Origin: an uncultured Prevotella sp. | GTDB lineage: Bacteria; Bacteroidota; Bacteroidia; Bacteroidales; Bacteroidaceae | Direction: 5' to 3' | DNA: 64,000 nucleotides | Assembly (NCBI GenBank): GCA_947170725.1 | Contig: CAMVUM010000008.1 | Location: 7,466-71,465 of the forward strand | In this document: positions 49,489 to 59,299 of the stretch, in pieces | How positions within the stretch are numbered: the first letter of the stretch is position 1 | How the letters are laid out: each line of letters begins with the position of its first letter | The notes under the pieces: generated by a model | The model's database searches: none | Told to the model about the DNA's origin: nothing | What the model saw: the letters and a program-made list of their open reading frames with translations, nothing else | Position numbers and translations under genes: made by a program

Positions 49489-50945
49489 TGCTTCACGGGA
49501 ATGTTCTTGAGTATCTCAATGATGTGGTCCCATACCATCTTTACGGTAGGTATGTGCAGACGCTCTTCCGGAGTGTGGACACCGCGGAGCGTCGGACCGA
49601 AGGAAACCATGTCGAGATTTGGGTAGCGCTCAGAGAACAGACCGCACTCCAGACCGGCGTGTATGCCCTTGACGATGGGCTCTTTGCCGAAAAGAGACTT
49701 ATAGGTGTCGACGACAATTCGTGTGAGGAGGCTGTCGGCGTTCATCTTCCATGCGGGATAGCCGTCGTTCTGGCACACGCTTGCTCCGGCCAGCTCGAAA
49801 AGCGCCTTGATGGTGTTGCACTGGTTGTCGAGATTGCTCATGACATTGCTGCGCTGTGAGGAGACGATGGTGATCTTGTTGTCTTCCGTGACGATGCTGG
49901 CGATATTGCTCGATGTTTCCACCATTCCGGCCAGCGCCTCGTCCTGACATATTGCGAAAACGCCGTTGTCAACGGCCTGGAGGGCGCGCACGAAGCGGGC
50001 TGCTATATTCTGTTGGATGACAGGTTCGGCCTCGGCGCTCTCCATATTGAACACCATCTCCTTGTCAGACACGTGGTATTCATCCTCAACCTGACTTGCA
50101 AATATGTTCCAATCGACACGCACGTTCTCCTTTTTGTCGTTGGGTACGGCGATTGTGAATCTTCCGTCGCGTGGTATGGCGTTGTGCATCTTTCCCGAAT
50201 CGAAGCGGCTCAGGCGGATGTCATACTTCTCCATTCCCATATAGAGGAACCGGGCGAGAATCTTGATGGCGTTGGCGCGCTTCTTGTCAATGTCATCGCC
50301 GGAGTGGCCGCCTTTGAGGCCTTTGATGGAGCACTGCAAGAAGAAATATCCCTCCGGGGCTTCTTCGCGCTCAAATGAAAATTCGGCTGTCGTGCTGCGT
50401 CCGCCGGCACAGGAGACAAAGAACTGGCCTTCGTCCTCGCTATCAAGATTGATGAGCATGTCACCAGTCATGAATCCGGCTTCCATGCCGCTCGCGCCTG
50501 TCAGCTGTGTCTCTTCGTCGCGTGTGAACACACATTCGATGGGACCGTGTTCAATGTCGCTGGAGTCGAGCAGGGCCAGCTCTATGGCCACGCCGATGCC
50601 GTCGTCGGCGCCGAGCGTCGTTCCCTTTGCACAAAGCCATTCGCCATCCACGTATGTCTGGATGGCATCCTTGTCGAAATCAAACTCGATGTCGACGAGC
50701 TTGTCGCATACCATATCCATGTGGCTCTGTAGGATTATTGTCTGGCGGTTTTCAAATCCGGGAGTTGCCGGCTTTCTGATTATTACATTGCCGGTTGCGT
50801 CAACCTTTGTGTCGAGATTGCGGCTTTCGCCCCATGTCTTGAGATATTCAATCATCTTTTCCTCACGCTTCGACGGACGTGGAATTTCATTTATTTTGGC
50901 GAATTGGTCAAAAACGCATTGCGGATTTAAATTAGTTTTACTCAT
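49485..50945 (-). CDS. pepD: Aminoacyl-histidine dipeptidase (PepD, M20C)
   Basis: F..I..IPR.S..E N-terminus, HMDMV, GADDGIG and the C-terminal GLECG motif. Confidence 0.9.
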   Translation of the reverse strand: MSKTNLNPQCVFDQFAKINEIPRPSKREEKMIEYLKTWGESRNLDTKVDATGNVIIRKPATPGFENRQTIILQSHMDMVCDKLVDIEFDFDKDAIQTYVDGEWLCAKGTTLGADDGIGVAIELALLDSSDIEHGPIECVFTRDEETQLTGASGMEAGFMTGDMLINLDSEDEGQFFVSCAGGRSTTAEFSFEREEAPEGYFFLQCSIKGLKGGHSGDDIDKKRANAIKILARFLYMGMEKYDIRLSRFDSGKMHNAIPRDGRFTIAVPNDKKENVRVDWNIFASQVEDEYHVSDKEMVFNMESAEAEPVIQQNIAARFVRALQAVDNGVFAICQDEALAGMVETSSNIASIVTEDNKITIVSSQRSNVMSNLDNQCNTIKALFELAGASVCQNDGYPAWKMNADSLLTRIVVDTYKSLFGKEPIVKGIHAGLECGLFSERYPNLDMVSFGPTLRGVHTPEERLHIPTVKMVWDHIIEILKNIPVKQ

Positions 50946-50994
50946 TATTCTTCTTTTTTATATGGTAGTTGGGTTGTAATTGATTTATTTACAT

Positions 50995-51002
50995 TATCTT
51001 TG
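50995..51002 (+). promoter_or_regulatory. -7 promoter box (TATCTTTG) for the small membrane protein/ompH unit
   Basis: Exact TAnnTTTG, 21 nt upstream of the ATG at 51023. Confidence 0.45.
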
Positions 51003-51022
51003 TACCCGCAAAGTTACAGAAT

Positions 51023-51235
51023 ATGATTGAGATATTGCTACTGAGCACGTTAATTATTGCTATCGGTATGTCATTTTTCTGCGTGAAAGTGCTATTCCGG
51101 AAGAACGGCCGTTTCTCTTCGCAGCATATACATGACAGTCAGGCGATGAAGGACCGCGGCATCCACTGCGTGATGGACCAGGACAGGGAGATGCGGCGGC
51201 AGAGCACATGTGGTGTGAAAGAGAGAGAAAAGTAG
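51023..51235 (+). CDS. 70-aa single-pass membrane protein, unknown function
   Basis: One N-terminal TM helix (IEILLLSTLIIAIGMSFFCVKVLF). A -7 box lies upstream and ompH follows 21 nt downstream. Confidence 0.45.
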   Translation: MIEILLLSTLIIAIGMSFFCVKVLFRKNGRFSSQHIHDSQAMKDRGIHCVMDQDREMRRQSTCGVKEREK

Positions 51236-51256
51236 AATTCTAATATAATTAAGATA

Positions 51257-51874
51257 ATGAATAAGAACAAGTTTTTTCGCGCCATGTCGGTGGGCGCGGT
51301 TTCAGCGCTGTTGATGACAGCCTGCAACAATTCAACTCCTCAGATGGACGAACAGCCGGCCAAAAACTCTACGGAGAATGTTGGAATGAAGATTGCATAC
51401 GTAGAGGTTGATTCGCTGATGTCACAGTATAATTTTTGCAAAGACTTCTCGCTGGTACTGCAGAAGAAGAGCAACAACGCCCGCAATACATTGAACTCAA
51501 AAGGACAGCAGTTGCAGGCGGCTGTGAACAATTTCCAGCACAAGATGAACAACAACGGATTTACGAGCCGTGAGCAGGCCGCAACCGTTCAGGCCGCTAT
51601 CCAGCGCCAGCAGGAGGATCTGCAGGAGCTTCAGAACCGTTTGGCTTCTGAGCTTGACGCTGAGACAGCCAAGTATAACGAGGCGCTGCGCGATTCGCTC
51701 CAGAGTTTCCTGAAGGTCTACAATAAGACAAAGAAATATGATCTCATCATGTCGAAGGCTGGTGACAATATCCTGTTTGCAGACAAGAAGCATGACATCA
51801 CCAAGGATGTCATCAACGGTCTGAACAAGCGTTATAAGTCGATGAAGACAGAAAAGGAGAAAGAATCGAAATAA
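51257..51874 (+). CDS. OmpH/Skp-family periplasmic chaperone (lipoprotein form)
   Basis: Lipobox LMTACN. Long Gln/Ala/Glu-rich coiled-coil arms and KYDLIM...ILFADK core strands, typical of Bacteroidetes OmpH. Confidence 0.85.
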   Translation: MNKNKFFRAMSVGAVSALLMTACNNSTPQMDEQPAKNSTENVGMKIAYVEVDSLMSQYNFCKDFSLVLQKKSNNARNTLNSKGQQLQAAVNNFQHKMNNNGFTSREQAATVQAAIQRQQEDLQELQNRLASELDAETAKYNEALRDSLQSFLKVYNKTKKYDLIMSKAGDNILFADKKHDITKDVINGLNKRYKSMKTEKEKESK

Positions 51875-51893
51875 GAATTGCGCGACAGGCGCA

Positions 51894-51939
51894 AAAGCCC
51901 CAAGGTATCGGGAACGATCCTTGGGGCTTTTCATTTTGT
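51894..51939. terminator. Terminator after ompH
   Basis: AAAAGCCCCAAGG / CCTTGGGGCTTTT stem followed by CATTTT. Confidence 0.75.
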
Positions 51940-51964
51940 TTGGGCACAGCGGTATGGACCAACA

Positions 51965-52009
51965 TGTGAATGGCTTAAAGATTTTAGATGAATCTTTAAG
52001 CCATTCACA
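51965..52009. other. 19-bp perfect hairpin with no U-run, 29 nt downstream of trmD
   Basis: TGTGAATGGCTTAAAGATT (51965-51983) pairs with AATCTTTAAGCCATTCACA (51991-52009). 7-nt loop. Confidence 0.6.
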
Positions 52010-52037
52010 TAGTCACTTTACGTTATGCCGTCTGCGC

Positions 52038-52712
52038 TTATTTCAGCAAATCCGGTCTTAGTCTTTGCGTGCGCTCCATGGCCTGCTCCATCTCCCACGC
52101 CTTGATTTTAGCCTCGTTGCCGCTGAGGAGGATATCCGGAACTTTCCATCCCTTATAGTCGGCGGGGCGGGTGTAGATGGGAGCGGAAAGCATGTCGTCC
52201 TGAAAGCAGTCGGAGAGAGCGCTCTGCTCGTCGCCGATGACACCCGGGACGATGCGCACGATGGCGTCGGCCATTACAGCGGCAGCAAGCTCACCGCCCG
52301 TCAGGACATAGTCGCCGATGCTTATCTCGCGGGTGATGAGATGGTCGCGGACTCGCTGATCGATGCCTTTATAGTGGCCGCAGAGAATGATAATGTTGCC
52401 CTTCATGGACAGCTCGTTGGCCACGTGTTGGTCAAAATGTTCTCCGTCGGGAGATGTGAAGATGACTTCGTCGTAGTCGCGTTCCGCTTTCAGTGCCGAA
52501 ATGGCGCGGTCGATGGGTTCACACTGCATGACCATACCGGCGAAGCCGCCGTAAGGATAGTCGTCGACGCGGCGCCACTTGTCCGTCGTGTAGTCGCGAA
52601 GATTGTGAAGATGTATTTCGGCCAGCCCTTTTTTCTGGGCGCGTGCCAGAATGGACTCGTTGACGAAACCTTCCAGCATTTCCGGTAAAACTGTGATGAT
52701 GTCTATTCTCAT
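52038..52712 (-). CDS. trmD: tRNA (guanine37-N1)-methyltransferase
   Basis: [13 protein letters not shown]-terminus and the [15 protein letters not shown]-knot motif. Confidence 0.95.
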   Translation of the reverse strand: MRIDIITVLPEMLEGFVNESILARAQKKGLAEIHLHNLRDYTTDKWRRVDDYPYGGFAGMVMQCEPIDRAISALKAERDYDEVIFTSPDGEHFDQHVANELSMKGNIIILCGHYKGIDQRVRDHLITREISIGDYVLTGGELAAAVMADAIVRIVPGVIGDEQSALSDCFQDDMLSAPIYTRPADYKGWKVPDILLSGNEAKIKAWEMEQAMERTQRLRPDLLK

Positions 52713-52753
52713 AAGTATATCTTTCTTTTTTATGTCTTCTGTCTATTGGTTCG

Positions 52754-52846
52754 TTGCGGGATGTCGCTCCATGCGGTTTTCCGCCGTCTTCCGGTGGAGA
52801 TTCATTGCGGGATGTCGCTCCATGCGGTTTCCCGCCGTCTTCCGGT
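52754..52846. repeat. Tandem duplication (two 42-nt copies, period 51) between the patatin-like gene and trmD
   Basis: TTGCGGGATGTCGCTCCATGCGGTTT[T/C]CCGCCGTCTTCCGGT at 52754-52795 and 52805-52846, 41/42 identical. Confidence 0.85.
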
Positions 52847-52874
52847 AGCTCCGCGGGGTGGGGTGTCATTCCCT

Positions 52875-53738
52875 TTATGCGAAGAATTCTCTGATTTCCT
52901 CAATCCGCCTCATGGCCATTTCGCGTCCGATGGCATGCACGCGCTTCATCTCTTCCGCGTCGTGGGATATATGGCCGATGGGCAGCGGGGCATCGGGCCG
53001 TATGACCATGCAGCGTCCCTCGCGCTCGGCCTGCCGGACAAACTCCGTCTGGGCGTTGTACATCTCGTGGCGTCGGGCCATGGCGCGCGCCATCTTCGGA
53101 TGTTTTCTGAGGGCAAGGCGTATCAGGGGCATGAGGCGGACGGGGCGTTTGACGTATCCGTCCGGTTGGGTCAGTATTACGAGGTTGCGGCTGTAGCCTA
53201 TGGACTCGAAATACCGGAGAGGGATGGAGTCGGCCACACCGCCGTCAAGCAGCCGGAGACCGTCAAGCTCGACGATGCGCGAGACGACGGGCATGGACGC
53301 AGAGGCGCGCACCCAATCGAAAAACTCATGTCCACTTCGGTCACATTTCTTATATACGGCGCGTCCAGTGTCGACGTCCGTGCATACGAGATGATATTCC
53401 ATAGGATTGCTCTCGAAGGTCTCGCCGTCAAATATGTCATGTTCCGTCGGTACGGTATGGTAGGCGAACTCGGCATTGAATATGTTGCCCGTGGTGAGTA
53501 GCGAGTGAATACCGCTGTAGCGCTTGTCGCGGGCAAAGCGCATGTTGTAGCGCAAGGCACGTCCTGGTTGGCGTGATTTGTAGTTGCAACCGAAGGCGGC
53601 ACCTGCGGATACGCCTATTATGCCGTCGGGCGTGATGCCTTGTTCCATCATTACGTCAAGTATGCCGGCTGTGAACATGCCGCGCATGGCTCCGCCTTCG
53701 AGAACAAGTCCTCGTCTGATATGCTTGTCTGTGTTCAT
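52875..53738 (-). CDS. Patatin-like phospholipase family protein
   Basis: Oxyanion GGAMRG, nucleophile elbow GVSAG, catalytic Asp in LLDGGV. Confidence 0.88.
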   Translation of the reverse strand: MNTDKHIRRGLVLEGGAMRGMFTAGILDVMMEQGITPDGIIGVSAGAAFGCNYKSRQPGRALRYNMRFARDKRYSGIHSLLTTGNIFNAEFAYHTVPTEHDIFDGETFESNPMEYHLVCTDVDTGRAVYKKCDRSGHEFFDWVRASASMPVVSRIVELDGLRLLDGGVADSIPLRYFESIGYSRNLVILTQPDGYVKRPVRLMPLIRLALRKHPKMARAMARRHEMYNAQTEFVRQAEREGRCMVIRPDAPLPIGHISHDAEEMKRVHAIGREMAMRRIEEIREFFA

Positions 53739-53763
53739 GATTCTGTTCTGATGTATCGTTATG

Positions 53764-54234
53764 CTATTCGTGGTGATACGGTTCTCCGCGGATGATGGTG
53801 CACGCCCGATATATCTGTTCTGTGAAGATGAGGCGCACCATCTGGTGGGAGAAGGTCATCCGGGACAGCGAAATCTTCTCGTTGGCCCTGTCGTAGATGC
53901 GTTCGGAAAAGCCGTAAGGGCCTCCGATGATGAAGACGAGGCGTCTGGCTGTGTTGCGCTTCTGTTCGAGCCATCCGGCAAACTCCACGCTCCGGAACTC
54001 GCGGCCGTGCTCGTCCATGAGCACGACGGTATCGGAGGGCTGGAGCTGTCTGGCTATGAGGTCGCCCTCCATCTGCTTCTGCTGTTCCTCGATGAGGTTT
54101 TTAGTGTTCTTCAGCTCCGGTATGGTGATGATCTCGAACGGCATGTAGTGGCCTATGCGCTCGGTATAGTCGTTGATGCCGGCGGCAAAATGCTTGTTGG
54201 CAGTCTTTCCTACGAGTATCAGTATGGTCTTCAT
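53764..54234 (-). CDS. rlmH: 23S rRNA (pseudouridine1915-N3)-methyltransferase
   Basis: 156-aa SPOUT protein. IIGGPYGFS and the C-terminal LTEQIYRA..I..G.PYH signature. Confidence 0.93.
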   Translation of the reverse strand: MKTILILVGKTANKHFAAGINDYTERIGHYMPFEIITIPELKNTKNLIEEQQKQMEGDLIARQLQPSDTVVLMDEHGREFRSVEFAGWLEQKRNTARRLVFIIGGPYGFSERIYDRANEKISLSRMTFSHQMVRLIFTEQIYRACTIIRGEPYHHE

Positions 54235-54557
54235 TTCTCCTGTCTGTCTTCGTTCTTTCTGTCCGTATATTCATGCTTGCGTTTCGGGTTCATGGGGAAC
54301 CAGCCTTTCATGACCCGTTTCTTCTGATCGAATAGCTCGCCGATGGACCATAGGCATGACGCCCCGAAAACGCCGAGAATCGCCGATGCCATGATGTTCT
54401 CGACAAAAAGGGCGGTCGTCACGGTTGCTATGCCGGCAAGGAGAAACACCCACCACAGGCGGGTGCCGGTGTGATATTCTGTCTTGATGACCACGGGATG
54501 GAATATCCCGATGATGAGAAATGTGCTGATAGCAATGATTATTCCTGTGAAATACAT
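54231..54557 (-). CDS. DUF4491-like small membrane protein
   Basis: Three hydrophobic helices followed by a basic tail. 4-nt overlap with the rlmH start. Family recalled from memory. Confidence 0.7.
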   Translation of the reverse strand: MYFTGIIIAISTFLIIGIFHPVVIKTEYHTGTRLWWVFLLAGIATVTTALFVENIMASAILGVFGASCLWSIGELFDQKKRVMKGWFPMNPKRKHEYTDRKNEDRQEK

Positions 54558-54593
54558 ATTGATATGCTTGTCTTGATATTTCAGTATGTGGGA

Positions 54594-56072
54594 TTATATG
54601 CGTTCTCTCGTCGCCCTGAATCCTTCGATGTTTATGTAGCGGCGCGTCATCATGAGCCTGTAAACTCCGCGCATCCATAACGGGCTAAGTAGCATAGAGC
54701 CAAGACCAATGACGGTAAGGATGACAAAAGCGGTCGTGTCGCTGAAGATGAATGTCAGAAGGGTGACGGCCGTCATGGGGAGCACGATGACGAACAGCAA
54801 TATCAGCAGCGGGCGAAGGGCGTCGCTTGTCGTCTTGCTGAAGATGTTTGAGTTTAGGGGGAGTGTCTGGCGATTGTATGCTGCCAGACAGAAAAGTGCC
54901 GGATACTGTATTCCGGTGACGGTAAAGACGTATGCCGGCATCATCATAGCTGGAAATTTGCCGCTTACGACCGTTGGAATGAGAATGATGGCAGGTAGCA
55001 GCAGGACGGCGCAGAAAAGATAATATTTGGCCCGGAGCATGGTCAGGATGTTCTCCTTGTGTACCATGAGAAGGTCAATGTAGTTCCCTTCCGGCCCCAT
55101 CATGTTGCTGAGGTTGCTTATACCGATGATGGCGAAGCAGTAGAGGCAGATCATATTGTCGTCATATCCAATCTCTTCCGTGGCCGTGACGGTTATCATG
55201 GCACAGAAAATGACGATGAGCAGGAGGCTTTGCAGAAAACGGTTGCGCATGGATTTATTGCGCATGATGCTCTTGATTTCCAGTTTTATGTATTCGCCGA
55301 CGAGACCGTAGCGGTTGAAGAATGTCTCTTTGGGGAAAGATTTGATACGGGTGTCGGATTTGCAGGACGCCGTCATGTATGAAGTATGGGATATGATTCG
55401 AATGTCGGCGGAGAACAGCAGTGCGCCGGCGGCAATGCAGAAGATAGCTGCCGCAGGTGAGGAGCCGTACTCGCTGAGCGTCAGAAACGCGTTCTCGTAA
55501 CCTACGGCATAGCCGGCCGCGGCGCCAATGGCGATGGCTCCAACGGGAAGAAGCCACCAGAGGACGTTGATTGCAGCCAGAGTGCGCACGCCGAGATAGC
55601 AAAGGCAGTTGGCGAGCATCAGCGCCTGGCAGACGAAGAGAATGGCGACGGCTGTCGTGGCTGGCGTTCCTCCACAGACGGTAATGACCGTATAGGGGAT
55701 AAACAGGCAGAGCCAGATGAAATTTGAGGGGCTCAGAAGTGACGACCACAGATAGCTGCTGATGGCGTCGGAGCGTCTGACGGGAAGAAGGAGATATGGC
55801 TGTAGGAATATGGTCGGCGTCTGTTGCATGCTGATCCGCATGGCGAAATCGAGAAGAAGCACGAACGGCATGAAGCTGACGATGGTGAACGTGTTGTCTT
55901 CGGCTGCGGCGAGGCCTGTCATGACGCCCATTGCGATGAGATAGATGCAGCCAATGCCCATGCCGATGAGCGTGAAGACTCTCGCCGCCGTGTTGGTCTC
56001 TGAGAGTATGCTTCGGCTGTTTCTCTTTCTGATATTGTTGAGCAACAGTATGAACAGCTGCAGTTTGGTCAT
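54594..56072 (-). CDS. Polytopic membrane protein of unknown function (DUF5687-like)
   Basis: 492 aa with about 12 hydrophobic segments and no transporter signature that I recognise. Confidence 0.7.
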   Translation of the reverse strand: MTKLQLFILLLNNIRKRNSRSILSETNTAARVFTLIGMGIGCIYLIAMGVMTGLAAAEDNTFTIVSFMPFVLLLDFAMRISMQQTPTIFLQPYLLLPVRRSDAISSYLWSSLLSPSNFIWLCLFIPYTVITVCGGTPATTAVAILFVCQALMLANCLCYLGVRTLAAINVLWWLLPVGAIAIGAAAGYAVGYENAFLTLSEYGSSPAAAIFCIAAGALLFSADIRIISHTSYMTASCKSDTRIKSFPKETFFNRYGLVGEYIKLEIKSIMRNKSMRNRFLQSLLLIVIFCAMITVTATEEIGYDDNMICLYCFAIIGISNLSNMMGPEGNYIDLLMVHKENILTMLRAKYYLFCAVLLLPAIILIPTVVSGKFPAMMMPAYVFTVTGIQYPALFCLAAYNRQTLPLNSNIFSKTTSDALRPLLILLFVIVLPMTAVTLLTFIFSDTTAFVILTVIGLGSMLLSPLWMRGVYRLMMTRRYINIEGFRATRERI

Positions 56073-56089
56073 CGGTGGGTCCTCTTGTC

Positions 56090-56689
56090 TTATCTTAAAT
56101 CTATGATTTCAGCATCCGGATATGATTTGGGATTGAAACGGAACTGACTGTCGCTGAGTGACGCCTTCTTGAAGTTGCTTATCGTTATGGTGCTCCACTT
56201 GCCGCCACGCAGCATTTTCACCTGAGAAGGGACATAGGAAGACTTGTTCACGTTGATGTACATTTCCTTTATCTTGCGGCTCTTGTCAGTTGCCGTGAGG
56301 TGGATTTGAAACTCCTTGCCGACGGTTTTCATGTCATATTTGTAGCCGTTCCGGTAGATATTGATGAAGTTGTAGGGATTGATTGCGGCGAGTTCGTTGG
56401 CGGTAGGGTTACTTACGTTGACCTCGTTGCTGCTCTTCATCAGCGCCCATTGGGTCTTGCCGTCAAACCATACGTTGACCTGCGGCGTTGAAGCTTGAAA
56501 TTTTTGGCCTTTCACGGCGATAGTTCCGCTAAGATTTCCGTATTGCCCGTCCGTTATTTTGAATCCGGCCGACACACCGTCTTTATTGCTGACGACGGCG
56601 GCCGTCTTGTCAAGGACGGTTTTTGCGGACTGTGCGGCAATGACGTTGCATATTAATGTCATTATGAATATGAAGGCTGTCTTTCTCAT
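56090..56689 (-). CDS. LolA-like outer-membrane lipoprotein carrier protein
   Basis: Signal peptide. LolA-fold-like sequence (F.....G...G.I.VKGQKF....P...VWFDGKT.W). Conserved position directly downstream of ftsK. Confidence 0.8.
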   Translation of the reverse strand: MRKTAFIFIMTLICNVIAAQSAKTVLDKTAAVVSNKDGVSAGFKITDGQYGNLSGTIAVKGQKFQASTPQVNVWFDGKTQWALMKSSNEVNVSNPTANELAAINPYNFINIYRNGYKYDMKTVGKEFQIHLTATDKSRKIKEMYINVNKSSYVPSQVKMLRGGKWSTITISNFKKASLSDSQFRFNPKSYPDAEIIDLR

Positions 56690-56749
56690 ATTGATATTTT
56701 TTTGTGGTTATCCCTGAATGAATGTTGTTGCTTTTGGGCATCCGGAAGG

Positions 56750-59224
56750 TTATCTTCCGATGCTTTTGAGCAAGTTCTCGAGGCTGACCTCGTCCTGTAT
56801 CATGACCTCGCGTGGCTTGCTGCCGATGGCAGCGCCCACCAAACCGGCTTTTTCGAGCTGGTCCATGAGGCGTCCTGCTCTGTTGTAGCCGATGGAGAAC
56901 TTTCGCTGGATAAGGCTCGTACTACCTGATTGGTTGAGAACAATCAGACGGGCGGCCTCTTCAAAGAGCGGGTCCAGATGTTGCATATCTACATCGGCAG
57001 AGCCTCCTATGCCGCTGCCCGTGTCTGTGTCCGGCTCGGGAAGTTCGAAAGGTGTGATGTAGCCCTGCTGTTTTGCTATGAATTCGTTGATGCGTTCCAC
57101 CTCGGGAGTGTCAACAAAGGCGCACTGGACGCGCACCGGCTCGTTGCCGTTGAGGAAAAGAAGGTCTCCTCGGCCTATCAGCTGGTTTGCTCCTGGACGG
57201 TCAAGAATGGTCTTCGAGTCGATCATGGCGCTGACCTTGAAGGCGATTCGGCCCGGGAAGTTGGCCTTGATATTGCCGGTGATGATTGTTGTCGTTGGAC
57301 GCTGGGTGGCTATCACCATGTGGATACCTACAGCACGGGCCAGCTGGGCTATACGTGCGATAGGCAGTTCGATTTCTTTTCCGGCGGTCATGATAAGGTC
57401 GCCGAACTCGTCGATGATGACCACGATATACGGCATGAACTTATGTCCGCGCTGCGGATTGAGCTGCCGTGATATGAATTTCTTGTTATATTCTTTTATG
57501 TTTCTCGCTCCGGCCATCTTCAGGAGGTCGTAGCGCGTGTCCATTTCCTTACAGAGACTGTTCAGCGTGCGTACAACCTTGGTGACGTCGGTGATGATCG
57601 GTTCGGCTTCTTCATCGGGAACTTTGGCCAGGAAGTGGTTGGCAATCGGGCCGTAGATGCTGAACTCTACCTTCTTCGGGTCGATAAGGACGATTTTCAG
57701 TTCGGCCGGATGCTTCTTGTAGAGCAGTGACGTGATGATGGTATTTAGTCCCACGGATTTTCCCTGACCCGTGGCTCCGGCTACGAGAAGGTGCGGAATC
57801 TTTGCGAGGTCGAACATGAAGACCTCGTTTGTGATGGTCTTTCCGACGGCGCAAGGCAGTTCCATCGTGCTCTCCTGGAACTTCTTTGAGTTCAGGATGC
57901 TCTCCATTGACACGATGTTCGGCTTCGCGTTCGGCACTTCAATACCGATTGTGCCTTTTCCGGGGATCGGCGCGATGATACGGATTCCGAGGGCCGAGAG
58001 GCTGAGGGCGATGTCGTCTTCAAGATTACGTATCTTGGAGATGCGCACTCCTTGGGCCGGCGTGATCTCATAGAGCGTGATTGTCGGTCCGACGGTGGCC
58101 TTGATGCTACTGATTTCCACTCCGAAGTTGCGCAGAACCTCAACGATGCGGTTCTTGTTGGCCGTCTGTTCCACCATATCTATATATGGTTTGCCGTCAT
58201 TGTCGTACTTCTTGAGGAGATCAAGTGTGGGATAATGATAGTTTTCGAGGTCGCGCTTCGGGTCGTACGGGGCTGTCACCTCGCCTTGATTGCCGACAAG
58301 CGACTTTCCGCTGGCTTTCTCCTCGCTGTGTGCCACACTGATGTCCATGCCCGGTTCTTTCGGTTCCGAAATTTCCTTGGCGGACGATTTGTGCTCTGTT
58401 GTCTTTCCCGTTGCAGGACCATCATTGCCGTCTTCTTCTTCTTTCTCTGTGGTGTCAAATTCAACAATCTGCGTTTCCGGATTGTCGAAAACATCAGGGT
58501 CCTCTACTGGTTTAATTGTTGTTTCGTCACCGGAAGAGATTACGTCGTCGTTGTTCTTGCTGTCCTCGTTTGTCACCTCAAACTTAACCCTGTCACTGAA
58601 GAATTTGACCGGATTGAGCATCTTTCTTATTACATATATGGTCTCGGCTGTTATGTAAGTGAGAAAAATTATGGCTGTGAGACAAAGAATGGCTATAAGT
58701 CCCGGTGAGCCGACGAGATTCTCAATCCACCGACATACGTATATGCCATGGTCTCCGCCAGGATTAAACCAACTTTCGATGAACAGCGGGGTGAAAAATT
58801 TTGAAAATGTGACGGAGCCCCATACCATGACGATTATGATGCATACAAACCATTTGGAGATATTTATGGTATATACGCGCATCATTTTCATTGATGCCAA
58901 TATGAGGAATATAGGTATCAGAAAAGACGGGAGTCCGAAGCATTGCTTGACGAAGAAGTAGGACGCATATGCTCCCAAAGAGCCGCAACTGTTCTGGAAT
59001 TCCCTTTTGACATTCATAATCTCTCCGGGCCGTGGCTCTGAAATAAGGCCCTGATCGGCAGCTCCGGTTGTAAAGAAGGAAATAAAGGATAATATAAGAT
59101 ATATTGCAACGACAAACGAAATGACGCCTATCGTAAAGTTTACCTTTTCATTTTGGAATATATTGCTGAAACCAATGGCGTCACCGAATGACGTCACTTT
59201 GTTCTCTTTCTTTCTTTTGGCCAT
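56750..59224 (-). CDS. ftsK: DNA translocase FtsK
   Basis: Four N-terminal TM helices and an acidic linker. Motor domain with Walker A GATGQGKSV and Walker B VVIIDEFGDL. Gamma winged-helix domain SLIQRKFSIGYNRAGRLMDQLE. Confidence 0.93.
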   Translation of the reverse strand: MAKRKKENKVTSFGDAIGFSNIFQNEKVNFTIGVISFVVAIYLILSFISFFTTGAADQGLISEPRPGEIMNVKREFQNSCGSLGAYASYFFVKQCFGLPSFLIPIFLILASMKMMRVYTINISKWFVCIIIVMVWGSVTFSKFFTPLFIESWFNPGGDHGIYVCRWIENLVGSPGLIAILCLTAIIFLTYITAETIYVIRKMLNPVKFFSDRVKFEVTNEDSKNNDDVISSGDETTIKPVEDPDVFDNPETQIVEFDTTEKEEEDGNDGPATGKTTEHKSSAKEISEPKEPGMDISVAHSEEKASGKSLVGNQGEVTAPYDPKRDLENYHYPTLDLLKKYDNDGKPYIDMVEQTANKNRIVEVLRNFGVEISSIKATVGPTITLYEITPAQGVRISKIRNLEDDIALSLSALGIRIIAPIPGKGTIGIEVPNAKPNIVSMESILNSKKFQESTMELPCAVGKTITNEVFMFDLAKIPHLLVAGATGQGKSVGLNTIITSLLYKKHPAELKIVLIDPKKVEFSIYGPIANHFLAKVPDEEAEPIITDVTKVVRTLNSLCKEMDTRYDLLKMAGARNIKEYNKKFISRQLNPQRGHKFMPYIVVIIDEFGDLIMTAGKEIELPIARIAQLARAVGIHMVIATQRPTTTIITGNIKANFPGRIAFKVSAMIDSKTILDRPGANQLIGRGDLLFLNGNEPVRVQCAFVDTPEVERINEFIAKQQGYITPFELPEPDTDTGSGIGGSADVDMQHLDPLFEEAARLIVLNQSGSTSLIQRKFSIGYNRAGRLMDQLEKAGLVGAAIGSKPREVMIQDEVSLENLLKSIGR

Positions 59225-59248
59225 ATTAAAACTTTCTCAAATCTTCTG

Positions 59249-59256
59249 CAAAAGTA
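59249..59256 (-). promoter_or_regulatory. -7 promoter box (TACTTTTG) for ftsK
   Basis: Exact TAnnTTTG on the minus strand, 25 nt upstream of the ftsK ATG. Confidence 0.45.
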
Positions 59257-59299
59257 GCAGAAAAAACTTATATTTTACAATAAACTCACTGCTTTTTTG

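Noticed and set aside
52754-52846. Possible CRISPR array
   Set aside because: There are only two repeat copies, a 9-nt spacer and no cas genes anywhere in the window.
52875-53738. Patatin-like phospholipase as a defence-system effector (CBASS-type)
   Set aside because: There is no cyclase, sensor or other defence partner nearby. It sits among rRNA/tRNA-modification genes, and its size and motifs fit the housekeeping RssA/YjjU-like class.
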